From: Veillonella parvula | GTDB taxonomy: Bacteria > Bacillota > Negativicutes > Veillonellales > Veillonellaceae | Direction: 5' to 3' | Assembly (NCBI GenBank): GCA_018382475.1 | Contig: JAGZPX010000002.1 | Location: 251,525 to 315,524 of the forward strand | Length of the DNA stretch: 64,000 nucleotides | Shown here: positions 9,641 to 18,593 of the stretch, one piece after another | How the letters are laid out: each line of letters opens with the position of its first letter | How positions within the stretch are numbered: the stretch's first letter is position 1 | Notes under the pieces: model-generated | Databases searched by the model: none | What the model saw: only the letters and a program-made list of their open reading frames with translations | What the model was told of the DNA's origin: nothing | Program-made: the position numbers and the translations under genes

Positions 9641-11257
9641 TTATTTCTTATCTTTATTGATAAATGCATCGATTTTACTAATTAGATCATCTACCTCAAA
9701 ATCACCGCGCTCTGCAATCATCTTGATTGTTGCTACCTTAGCCATTACTTTTACCATAGGTGTTTTTAATTTCTCGAATTTAGGATTTAAAGAAATCAAA
9801 TGATCTACAATATCTGGGCATTGTTTAATTAGATTAGATAATGTTGTTTTTGCATCGATATGGAATCGACCATTTGCATCAGTTGTTAATGGTTCTTCTT
9901 CTACCTCTTCTGCTGCCTCTTGAGCCAAGGATTTTTCTTTACCACCATCGCCTACAAAATCAGTTTTATCCCAAGTCAACAATGTACGGGAACCCTCAAG
10001 TTCACGGATATGAGTACAATCTTGCATCATTTCCAATACGCCACGGAATTTACCATTTTCATCGCGTACTGCGGTGTAGATAACGTAGATGAACAAGCCT
10101 GGTTTATTAATCCAGAATTCCGCTTGGCTTTGTTCGCCAGAACGGAACTTCTCTACGATTTCCTCTACTATATGAACAGATTTTGCGGGGTGACAATTCT
10201 TCACCTCACGACCGATAACGTTCGCACTGCGAGGGAAAATACGATGTGCCGTATCGCTATAAAACTTAACTAGTTCATTTTCATCTACATAGGATAAATC
10301 TACCGGTAAATGACGGAACAACAAATTAATTTGCTCTAATGTCAATTTACCTGTGGCTACATCGAGAACTGCATCCTTACCAACGGGTGCGCCACCAACA
10401 GGGCCTACATATTTAGATAACAAGCCGGCTAAATCATTTAAGAATTCGTTAGATACAGCACCACCTTGAGCTGAATTATTACCATTCAATTGCGCCGCAG
10501 AATCATTAATACCTGGCACTACATATAAACCTGGCGCATTGATAATAGCATAACCAATTTCATGGTCATTTTTACTCATCCGAACAAACTCTTCGTCACT
10601 CAACAATTTATAAGACGTTGGCAATAAGACTTCTAGTTCTTTAGAATTCAAATCCCGTAATTTCGCCAAAGTTTCTGGCACAGACGCTAGGAATTCTTCA
10701 TACTTATCTTCCCGAAGCAATGCATAGGATGCAGAGATAGCATCGCGCACAGCATCATCAAAGGTCCACATAATGCGCGTTGGGCGGTCAAAACCGTGGT
10801 CCTCAAGCATTGGATACAGTTGATTTTGCTTACGAGACAGATGCGTTCTCCACTCTGCTAAGGAATCAAAAACGCCAAGCCACGGATTTTTTATAAACTT
10901 CTCTTGTTTTAACAATTTGTCTGCTTCAAGGGCTACCTTTTCAACAGCGTTGATTTCTTCCAAGTATGCCCACAACGGATGGTTTTCAGGGTATTCATTT
11001 TCGGCACGTACTAAAACGCCGTCAAATAAATCTAAAAGATCATCCATTTTCTCTAGGATTTCTTCGTCCTTGTAAACACCTTTCAAGCTTTGCTCTGCAT
11101 AAGCAAACTCATCAGGTGTACAAGTACCTAGTTTCTCTTTTAAAATGCGGTTGCCCTCTTCTAAGGACAATTTACCATCTAAATAATCTTCTTTAATGGA
11201 CACAATAATTCTGTAACGTTCATTGTTAATATCTAGTTTTTGTTTTAATGGATTCAT
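9641..11257 (-). CDS. DUF438/DUF1858-type protein (putative sensory or redox-associated, function unknown)
   Basis: 538 aa. The C-terminal ~70 aa resemble the small DUF1858 module, and the central region resembles DUF438 proteins of Firmicutes. This is a call from memory of family architecture, not a precise match. Confidence 0.45.
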   Translation of the reverse strand: MNPLKQKLDINNERYRIIVSIKEDYLDGKLSLEEGNRILKEKLGTCTPDEFAYAEQSLKGVYKDEEILEKMDDLLDLFDGVLVRAENEYPENHPLWAYLEEINAVEKVALEADKLLKQEKFIKNPWLGVFDSLAEWRTHLSRKQNQLYPMLEDHGFDRPTRIMWTFDDAVRDAISASYALLREDKYEEFLASVPETLAKLRDLNSKELEVLLPTSYKLLSDEEFVRMSKNDHEIGYAIINAPGLYVVPGINDSAAQLNGNNSAQGGAVSNEFLNDLAGLLSKYVGPVGGAPVGKDAVLDVATGKLTLEQINLLFRHLPVDLSYVDENELVKFYSDTAHRIFPRSANVIGREVKNCHPAKSVHIVEEIVEKFRSGEQSQAEFWINKPGLFIYVIYTAVRDENGKFRGVLEMMQDCTHIRELEGSRTLLTWDKTDFVGDGGKEKSLAQEAAEEVEEEPLTTDANGRFHIDAKTTLSNLIKQCPDIVDHLISLNPKFEKLKTPMVKVMAKVATIKMIAERGDFEVDDLISKIDAFINKDKK

Positions 11258-11424
11258 ATGCTTATACCTCCACGGGCTAATCTATAATTATATTTTCATT
11301 ATATCATTTTGAAAGTAATTTTCAGTTGCTACAGATACAATTTTGATTTATTTTTAAAATTTACGAATCAAATATTATGAAAATAAATAACTTTACTTTA
11401 TTTTTAAGAATATTTTAGCATACA

Positions 11425-11475
11425 AAAACTGCACCTCAAAAGTTGTGTCCAAGTTTTAGGGTGCAGTTCTCTATA
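11425..11475. repeat. palindromic terminator-like element (family copy 1 of 3 in this window)
   Basis: ctgcacctcaaaagttgtgtccaagttttagggtgcag. It closely resembles the elements at ~40216-40250 and 47129-47173. Confidence 0.5.
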
Positions 11476-11486
11476 AGTGTCTTTAA

Positions 11487-11834
11487 TTAGTTTTTAAAAT
11501 CAATATATTCAGTTTTAGAAGATGCTACAGGTTTACCATTAGAATCTGTGGCAGGGCTAAATCTCCATTTAGAAATAGTATCAACAATGGCTGCATCAAG
11601 AGCACTAGAGCCACTAGATGAGACAACTTCAACGTCCCCTACAGAACCATCTTCCTTGATGGTAAAACGTATATCTGCACCATGAGCAGCTTCACCATAG
11701 GCCGCGAGCAATGCTCGGTCAATAGGTGGTGTAGCTATAGCTACTGGTGGATCATATGGAGCTGCCAACACAGAAGCTACCATACTCATTACAAACAATG
11801 AGCTTAATATAATACAACGCAACACTTTATTCAT
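11487..11834 (-). CDS. TonB C-terminal-domain protein with signal peptide
   Basis: Signal-like N-terminus. The C-terminus matches the TonB_C pattern (IRFTIKEDGSVGDVEVVSSSGSSALDAAIVDTISKWRFSPA). Only 115 aa, with no Pro-rich spacer. Confidence 0.55.
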   Translation of the reverse strand: MNKVLRCIILSSLFVMSMVASVLAAPYDPPVAIATPPIDRALLAAYGEAAHGADIRFTIKEDGSVGDVEVVSSSGSSALDAAIVDTISKWRFSPATDSNGKPVASSKTEYIDFKN

Positions 11835-11844
11835 CGTTTTCTCC

Positions 11845-12264
11845 TTATTTAGCTTTCACAGCTTGCTTAGGCAGAGTAATTGTCATCCCAATAATGGATT
11901 CGTGTGCCTTTTGATCTGTGCCAATAGCAGGGGTAAACTTCCACTGCAAAATTGCTTTTTTTACTGCTTCATCAACGGGAGCATATCCAGAAGAGCGCTC
12001 TACGAAAACATTTTTAACATTACCTTTTTTATCAATCAAGAAGCGTACGCGCATATCAGGCGCTACCATAGCGGTTTGAGGAATCTCAGGCAACTCAGGT
12101 TTTACAATAGTAACCTCTCTTGGAGATTCTAAAAACTTCGCTGCATCAGCTGTATAATCACTTAACATGCCAAAAGATGCAACGAGTACTGCTGCAGCAG
12201 CGTATCGGAATAATTTATTCATAAGAAGCCTCCTTATTAACCTTTTACCTATGCATAATATCAT
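11845..12264 (-). CDS. TonB C-terminal-domain protein with signal peptide (paralog of the neighbour)
   Basis: TonB_C-like (VRFLIDKKGNVKNVFVERSSGYAPVDEAVKKAILQWKFTPA). The likely start is the Met near 12222, which has the RBS aaggagg. Confidence 0.55.
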   Translation of the reverse strand: MILCIGKRLIRRLLMNKLFRYAAAAVLVASFGMLSDYTADAAKFLESPREVTIVKPELPEIPQTAMVAPDMRVRFLIDKKGNVKNVFVERSSGYAPVDEAVKKAILQWKFTPAIGTDQKAHESIIGMTITLPKQAVKAK

Positions 12265-12401
12265 ACTAAATAAAGATGAATATTAAAAGAATAAATTATT
12301 ATTGATAAAATTTCTCATTTATGATATATTGAATTCAAGATAACTGTCCGGACTCACATATCTAGTTGATATGACAAAAAACTACACAAAGGAGGTTCAT
12401 C

Positions 12402-12497
12402 ATGAGACGTAGAAAGCGTATTCAAATGAAGGTCATGATGGTACTTGGTATCGTTGCCCTCGTTGGGCCTAGCCATCTACAAGCACTTATTCCCTAG
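12402..12497 (+). CDS. 31-codon small ORF (MRRRKRIQMKVMMVLGIVALVGPSHLQALIP), putative small membrane peptide
   Basis: Strong SD aaggaggttcatcATG, a single hydrophobic helix, and its own terminator hairpin 40 bp downstream. It lies immediately upstream of the Zn/Mn ABC transporter. Not in the ORF track because it is shorter than 60 aa. Confidence 0.35.
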   Translation: MRRRKRIQMKVMMVLGIVALVGPSHLQALIP

Positions 12498-12535
12498 ATT
12501 ATTTTGACCTTAGCAGAAGACTGTATAACTGCCAC

Positions 12536-12570
12536 TAGCCGCTACGTTAGTAGCGGCTATTTTTCCGTTT
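12536..12570 (+). terminator. rho-independent terminator after the small ORF
   Basis: gccgctacgttagtagcggc followed by tattttt. Confidence 0.45.
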
Positions 12571-12686
12571 AAATTCAGAGAGATATTCTCCTTCTTCAAA
12601 TTATTTCATTATTAGAACAAAATATTTCTCTCAAACAAAGTCATTAATGTTTTTAAATTTAGTATCTATAAAAAAGGAGGCTTATT

Positions 12687-13628
12687 ATGAAATTTAATCG
12701 AATTTTATTAGTCGTCGTATCATTAGCACTTATAGTATTTGCCCTTGCAGGCTGCGGAAAGGACACAGCCCAAGATAGTCAGAAAAAACTTAATGTCGTA
12801 GCTACAACGACGATGTTAACGGATTTAGTAAAAGAAATCGGCGGTGACCATGTAACCGTTCAAGGTCTCATGGGACCTGGTGTAGACCCTCACTTATATC
12901 AAGCTAGCGCAGGCGATGTAACAGCTATGTCTAAGGCGGATGTTGTAGTATACAACGGCATTCACTTGGAAGGTAAAATGGGCTCCATTTTTGATAATCT
13001 AACAAAGCAAAATAAAGCGACCATCCGCGTATCTGATGCCATTGATCCAGCTACATTGCTCGACTTTGACGAAGAAGATGGTGTAAAAACAAAAGACCCT
13101 CATATTTGGTTTGACGTTGCTAACTGGAAGCTGGCAGCAAAAGCAGTATACGAAGGTCTTGCTAAAGCCGATCCGGCTCATAAAGAAGATTACCAAAAAC
13201 GCTATGACGCATACCTTACTAAATTAGATGAAACTGATGCGTACGTTAAAGCTCAAGCAGAATCTATTCCAAAAGAATCTCGCGTACTTGTAACAGCTCA
13301 CGATGCATTCCAATACTTTGCTCGTGCGTACGGTTTTGAAGTAAAAGGTTTGCAAGGTGTAAGCACTGCCACAGAAGCAGGTACACAAGATATGAATAAC
13401 CTCGTTCAATTCATCGTAGACCACAAGATTAAAGCCATCTTCGTAGAGTCTTCTGTACCACACAAAACAATTGAAGCCGTTCAAGAGGCATCCAAAGCTA
13501 AAGGTTGGAACGTATCCATCGGCGGCGAATTATACTCTGACTCTCTCGGCTCCGAAGGTACTGAGGGTGGCACATATATCGGTATGGTGAAAGCTAATAT
13601 TGATACAATTACCAAAGCACTTAAATAA
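12687..13628 (+). CDS. troA: metal (Zn/Mn) ABC transporter substrate-binding lipoprotein, TroA/ZnuA/MntC cluster-9 family
   Basis: Lipobox LAGCGK and typical cluster A-I SBP blocks (VVATTTMLTDL, DPHLY, HDAFQYF). 313 aa. Confidence 0.85.
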   Translation: MKFNRILLVVVSLALIVFALAGCGKDTAQDSQKKLNVVATTTMLTDLVKEIGGDHVTVQGLMGPGVDPHLYQASAGDVTAMSKADVVVYNGIHLEGKMGSIFDNLTKQNKATIRVSDAIDPATLLDFDEEDGVKTKDPHIWFDVANWKLAAKAVYEGLAKADPAHKEDYQKRYDAYLTKLDETDAYVKAQAESIPKESRVLVTAHDAFQYFARAYGFEVKGLQGVSTATEAGTQDMNNLVQFIVDHKIKAIFVESSVPHKTIEAVQEASKAKGWNVSIGGELYSDSLGSEGTEGGTYIGMVKANIDTITKALK

Positions 13629-13774
13629 TCATTTATTAGAATTTCTTAATTGAATACAACAAAGTAAATTTACTTATACTAAATTAGATTGACTTAAGTT
13701 TACTTTATTATTGTAAGTACAAGTGCTACTAGCAACTTTCTGCTAGTGGCACTCATTAATACAAGGAGGTTTCC

Positions 13775-14506
13775 ATGGAATGGGCCGTTGAAGTTGAAGA
13801 TATGACCGTAGCATATACAACAAAACCCGTATTATGGGACGTAGATATGAAGGTACCCATCGGTTCCTTAGCGGCCATTGTCGGCCCTAATGGTGCCGGT
13901 AAGTCCACATTATTAAAGGCCATGCTCGGCCTACTAACAGTTATCTCAGGAAGTGTAAAATTTTATATCGATCACCACTTAGCAATGGACAAAAATGATT
14001 ACAAGAAAATCGCCTACGTTCCTCAAAGTGGTAGCGTAGACTGGGACTTTCCCACTACCGTACTAGATGTAGTACTCATGGGTCGTTATGGTCATCTAGG
14101 TTGGTTCAAGCGACCTAACAAAAAGGATAAGGAACTCGCCCTCTCTATGATTGAAAAAATGGGTATGAGCGACTATGTGAACAGACAAATTCGCCAGCTT
14201 TCAGGGGGACAACAACAACGCGTCTTCCTCGCAAGAGCCCTCGTCCAAGAGGCAGATATTTACCTCATGGACGAACCATTCAAGGGCGTCGATAAAACCA
14301 CAGAGCATGCTATTATTTCGCTTTTACAAGAAATGAAAGCTCGCGGCAAAACGGTTATCGTCGTCCACCACGATTTAAATACGGTGCCCCAATATTTCGA
14401 TTGGGTAACGATGGTAAACAAACAAACTGTCGCCTATGGCCCTGTAGCAGATACGTTTACAGACGAAGCTATTGAGCGCACCTATGGCAAGGGGAGGATT
14501 GTATGA
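13775..14506 (+). CDS. troB: metal ABC transporter ATP-binding protein
   Basis: Walker A GPNGAGKST, ABC signature LSGGQQQR, Walker B IYLMDEP. It overlaps the next gene by 4 nt. Confidence 0.85.
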   Translation: MEWAVEVEDMTVAYTTKPVLWDVDMKVPIGSLAAIVGPNGAGKSTLLKAMLGLLTVISGSVKFYIDHHLAMDKNDYKKIAYVPQSGSVDWDFPTTVLDVVLMGRYGHLGWFKRPNKKDKELALSMIEKMGMSDYVNRQIRQLSGGQQQRVFLARALVQEADIYLMDEPFKGVDKTTEHAIISLLQEMKARGKTVIVVHHDLNTVPQYFDWVTMVNKQTVAYGPVADTFTDEAIERTYGKGRIV

Positions 14507-15468
14507 CCATACTCCAATCCTATACGACGCAAATGGTACTGCTCGGCACGGCGTTATTAGGCCTCGCTAGCGGTATCGCTGGTACCTTTGCGGTACTTCG
14601 CAAGGAAAGCCTCATCGGTGACGGCCTATCTCATGCGGCACTACCCGGTGTGGTCATTGCCTTCTTGCTGACGGGCATCAAGGACATCGAAGTTCTCATC
14701 GCAGGTGCTGCCCTATCCTCTATCACTGCGGCTTGGCTCATTACCATCACCGTAGAAAACAGCAAAATCAAATTTGATGGCGCTTTAGCGACCATACTCT
14801 CCGCTTTCTTTGGGCTTGGTATGGTATTGCTCACCTATGTACAAAGCTTAAACAATGCTGGTCAAGCAGGGCTTTCAAAATTTATATTTGGACAGGCAGC
14901 CACCATATTAGCGCGCGATGTGTACATCACATCTGCAGCGGCGCTCATCATCATCGTATTAACCGCATTATTCTGGAAGGAGTTAAAGCTCATCTCCTTC
15001 GATGTGGAATACGCCAAAACACTACAAATTCCCGTCACTTTCACCCTTATTTTATATCGTTCATTATTGATCATGACCATCATCATCGGTATTCAATCGG
15101 TAGGGGCTATCTTGATTAGCTCTCTCCTCATTGCACCCGCCGTTGGGGCAAGACAGTGGACGAATAAACTGGGCACCATGTGTATATTAGCAGGATTTTT
15201 CGGCATGATATCTGCCATCGGCGGTACTATCTGGAGTACATCGATCCCAAAATTACCGACAGGTCCAGCTATCATCGTCATTTTATCGATTCTCGTATTA
15301 TTGAGTCTCATCTTTGCTCCTAACAGAGGTATGCTCTGGCAGTTCCGTAAAAATAGACAGTCAAAGCACGCATTATTGTTAGAAACCACAAGGGCTCCCA
15401 AATCCAATGCACAGCAAAGTATTTACGTAGCAGAGGACGCACAACCTCACATAGGAGGTGCCCCATGA
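14503..15468 (+). CDS. troC: metal ABC transporter permease
   Basis: Polytopic ABC-3 family permease with start/stop overlap on both sides. 321 aa. Confidence 0.85.
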   Translation: MTILQSYTTQMVLLGTALLGLASGIAGTFAVLRKESLIGDGLSHAALPGVVIAFLLTGIKDIEVLIAGAALSSITAAWLITITVENSKIKFDGALATILSAFFGLGMVLLTYVQSLNNAGQAGLSKFIFGQAATILARDVYITSAAALIIIVLTALFWKELKLISFDVEYAKTLQIPVTFTLILYRSLLIMTIIIGIQSVGAILISSLLIAPAVGARQWTNKLGTMCILAGFFGMISAIGGTIWSTSIPKLPTGPAIIVILSILVLLSLIFAPNRGMLWQFRKNRQSKHALLLETTRAPKSNAQQSIYVAEDAQPHIGGAP

Positions 15469-16565
15469 CAGTTCATACAGAGATATTGCTCATTGCCATT
15501 GCGGTATCCATCGCATGTGCCATCCCTGGGGTCTTCCTCGTATTGCGCCGCATGTCCATGATGGCCGATGCCATTACGCATACCGTATTTCTCGGCATCG
15601 TGCTCGCTTTCTTTATGACGGAAGATTTAAACTCTCCATTTCTACTCGTCGGGGCTACCTTAGTTGGTGTAGGCACCGTATGGCTTACAGAAATGATACA
15701 CAATACGGGACTTGTCAACGAAGATGCGTCTATCGGCATCATCTTCCCTCTTCTATTCTCTATCGCCATCATTCTAGTCAGCCTATACAGCGGTAACGCT
15801 CATCTCGATGTAGATACCGCATTGCTCGGCGAAATAGCCTTTGCACCCTTTGATCGATGGATTGTGAACGGCACCGACCTGGGGCCTGTATCACTATGGA
15901 TTTCTCTAGGCGTGGCGCTCATCAATTTAATTTTAGTCATGCTATTCTACAAGGAATTGCAATTATCTACTTTTGATCCGCTACTAGCAGGGCTCTTCGG
16001 CTTTATGCCTGCCCTCATCCACTACGTGCTGATGACCATGGTATCCCTCACCGTTGTAGCCTCATTCCAAGCGGTAGGTGCCATTCTCGTCATCGGCCTC
16101 ATGATTGGGCCTGCGGTCATCGCTTATTTATGGACGGACTCTGTGAAAGCCATGCTTACTAGCAGTATCATCATCGGTATTATCTGTGCTGTCGTCGGTA
16201 CGGAAGTATCTTTCACCATGGACGTATCCATCGCGGGTTCTATTGCAACCACCATCGGTATCGCACTGATTATCGCTGTTATTGCAACACCAAAGACAGG
16301 CTATATCGCCACATACCGCCGTCAACGTCATTTGCGTCGTCACTATCGAGAAACGATGATGCTGTGCCACATTTATACGCATATGGATACACCTATTGCG
16401 CACATTGAAAACGGCATCGGTACCATTCACGAGCATTTGAACTGGAGACCTGACTATACGCATCAAGCTGCTTCACAGCTAAAGAAACAAGGTCTATTAT
16501 ATGTGACAAATGGACACTACGTGCTTACTGATAAGGGTATAGCACAGGTTAAAGAGATTATTTAA
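15465..16565 (+). CDS. troD: metal ABC transporter permease with a ~90-aa C-terminal winged-helix-like extension
   Basis: ABC-3 permease core of ~275 aa followed by a basic, soluble C-terminal tail (TYRRQRHLRRHYRE...LKKQGLLYVTNGHYVLTDKGIAQV). 366 aa. Confidence 0.8.
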   Translation: MTVHTEILLIAIAVSIACAIPGVFLVLRRMSMMADAITHTVFLGIVLAFFMTEDLNSPFLLVGATLVGVGTVWLTEMIHNTGLVNEDASIGIIFPLLFSIAIILVSLYSGNAHLDVDTALLGEIAFAPFDRWIVNGTDLGPVSLWISLGVALINLILVMLFYKELQLSTFDPLLAGLFGFMPALIHYVLMTMVSLTVVASFQAVGAILVIGLMIGPAVIAYLWTDSVKAMLTSSIIIGIICAVVGTEVSFTMDVSIAGSIATTIGIALIIAVIATPKTGYIATYRRQRHLRRHYRETMMLCHIYTHMDTPIAHIENGIGTIHEHLNWRPDYTHQAASQLKKQGLLYVTNGHYVLTDKGIAQVKEII

Positions 16566-16597
16566 ATACAATACCAATACTTTTCCCAACAAAAAGA

Positions 16598-16650
16598 AGC
16601 TGAAATCAATGCTGCTCTGCAAAGATTTCAGCCTCTTTTATTTTTAACTA
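16598..16650 (+). terminator. rho-independent terminator after the tro operon
   Basis: gaagctgaaatc ... gatttcagcctc followed by ttttatttttaac. Confidence 0.5.
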
Positions 16651-16751
16651 ATAGTCTTACATCCTATTAATAACTGGATTCACGTCAATGACTATCTATA
16701 ACAGATAGTACCAACACTATAATAAGCTCAACGCAATCACAAAGAATCCTA

Positions 16752-17531
16752 TTAATTAATAATAGCTTCTAATGGAATAACATGAGGTAGCCCATTGTCA
16801 TCGATATAAATTTTTGTTTTAACACGATATACATCTTCCATCATGGCTTCTGTAAAGATGTCTTTCGGTGCGCCCTGAGCGTATACTCTACCCTCTTTGA
16901 GCACGATGATTTCATCTGCGAACATAGCCGCCAGATCAAGATGATGCAATGTTACGAGTGTTGTAAAATCATTTTCTTGAGTCAGATTTTTTAGCAATGT
17001 TAACAAATCAAATTGCTTGTGCAAATCTAAAGCACTTGTCGGTTCATCAAGAATTAAGATTTTAGGTTCTTTTACAAGGGCTTGTGCCATGAACACAAGT
17101 TGGCGTTAACCACCGCTGAGCTCCATGATGCTGCGCGATGCAAAGCGCTGTAAGTTCAACCGTTCCAATACCTCTTGTGTGGCTGCAATATCCTCATCAC
17201 TTACGCGGAAGGACATGGATCCCATGCGCCCTAGCATAACGACTTCAAAAACAGATAGATTGACTTTACAGTCATTATCTTGAGACAAATAGCTCACTGT
17301 ACTACTAAAATCCTTTGTAGAATATTGAGATACAGGTTTACCATTAACGGAAATCTCGCCCTTGCCTTTCAAGATACCCATAATTGTTTTTAAAAGTGTA
17401 GATTTACCAGCACCGTTAGTACCAATGAGCGCAGTCAATTTACCTGTTTTAGCAGCAAAATCAACGCCCTTTAAGATTTGTCCGTCTTCCGTAGCGGAAT
17501 AACCAAAGGTTAGATTATGAACTTCAATCAT
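16752..17531 (-). pseudogene. iron-chelate/cobalamin-type ABC transporter ATP-binding gene (BtuD/FecE-like) interrupted by one in-frame TAA
   Basis: Two same-frame ORFs. The N-terminal half has Walker A GTNGAGKSTLL and ends ...IMELSGG. A TAA at 17106-17108 sits exactly where the Q of the LSGGQ signature is expected (GGT GGT TAA CGC CAA), and the frame then continues RQLVFMAQAL...LILDEPTSALD. Confidence 0.7.
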
Positions 17532-18577
17532 TTGAAATAGCTCCTTTTCCTAGTCAATACCAACGAGAAGAAGAAAGGTACACCGATGATTGCCGTCACA
17601 ATACCGATTGGGAACATCGCCCCAGGAACGAGCATCTTACTCGCAATAGATGCGAGAGACAAAATCGCCATACCACACACTGCAGAGAGAGGTAAGAAAT
17701 ACCGTTGATCCTCACCCACAAGCATACGTGCAATATGTGGTCCTACAATACCGATAAAACCAATGGTTCCAACGAAAGAAACAGCAACGGCTGTAATGAT
17801 GGAGATGAAAACAAACACTTTTACTCGTAAGCTTTCAACATTAACACCAAGACCGGAAGCCTTTTCATCGCCTAATTTTAATGCTGTTAAACGCCAAGAT
17901 TCACGCATCATAAGCGGAAGCATGATTGCTAGCACGATAAGAACAATAGAGATGTTCACCCAATTTGCCTTAGCTAAACTCCCCATCGTCCAGAATACGA
18001 TGTTTTGAAGGGCCTCAGGAGATGCCATATATTGCATCAAGGATTGAAGCGCTTGGAACAAGAACATCATGCCGATACCAGCGAGAATCATCGTTTCAGA
18101 GGAGAAATTCTTAATCTTATTGATGGAATAGATAAAGAAGCTCGTCAAACTAGCAAATACGAAGGCGCCGAATGGAACCATAAAGACGCCTAAAAACTCT
18201 AATGCACTAGCGCCTACAACGACCATGAGAGATGCACCGAAACCAGCCCCTGCGGATATACCAAGTGTATACGGGCTAGATAACGGGTTATCAAGGATAG
18301 TCTGCATGCCAGCACCAGCAATGCCCAAAGAAGCACCTACGAGCAACGCCATAATGGCCGTCGGAATACGAATCGACCAAATGATAACATATGCGTTTTT
18401 GGAAACCTCTACTGGGTCTGTTAATGCGAGCCATACATCACTTAACGTAAGTGATGCAGGACCTACAATAATATCGGTAACAAAACTTACCGCACAAATG
18501 ATCAATCCGATAATAATGAACAATAGTTTTTTATAACTCTGTTTCTTATAATCGTACTGGTTGTTAGTTTCTGTCAC
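17528..18577 (-). CDS. FecCD-family ABC permease (BtuC-like)
   Basis: Polytopic FecCD/BtuC-type permease of 349 aa. It overlaps the ATPase gene by 4 nt. Confidence 0.85.
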   Translation of the reverse strand: MTETNNQYDYKKQSYKKLLFIIIGLIICAVSFVTDIIVGPASLTLSDVWLALTDPVEVSKNAYVIIWSIRIPTAIMALLVGASLGIAGAGMQTILDNPLSSPYTLGISAGAGFGASLMVVVGASALEFLGVFMVPFGAFVFASLTSFFIYSINKIKNFSSETMILAGIGMMFLFQALQSLMQYMASPEALQNIVFWTMGSLAKANWVNISIVLIVLAIMLPLMMRESWRLTALKLGDEKASGLGVNVESLRVKVFVFISIITAVAVSFVGTIGFIGIVGPHIARMLVGEDQRYFLPLSAVCGMAILSLASIASKMLVPGAMFPIGIVTAIIGVPFFFSLVLTRKRSYFK

Positions 18578-18593
18578 TATACAAAACCCCTTT

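Noticed and set aside
16752-17531. Two separate small ABC ATPase genes
   Set aside because: They share the same frame and are contiguous across a single TAA, forming one complete ABC ATPase. This is therefore an interrupted single gene (pseudogene or sequencing error), not two genes.
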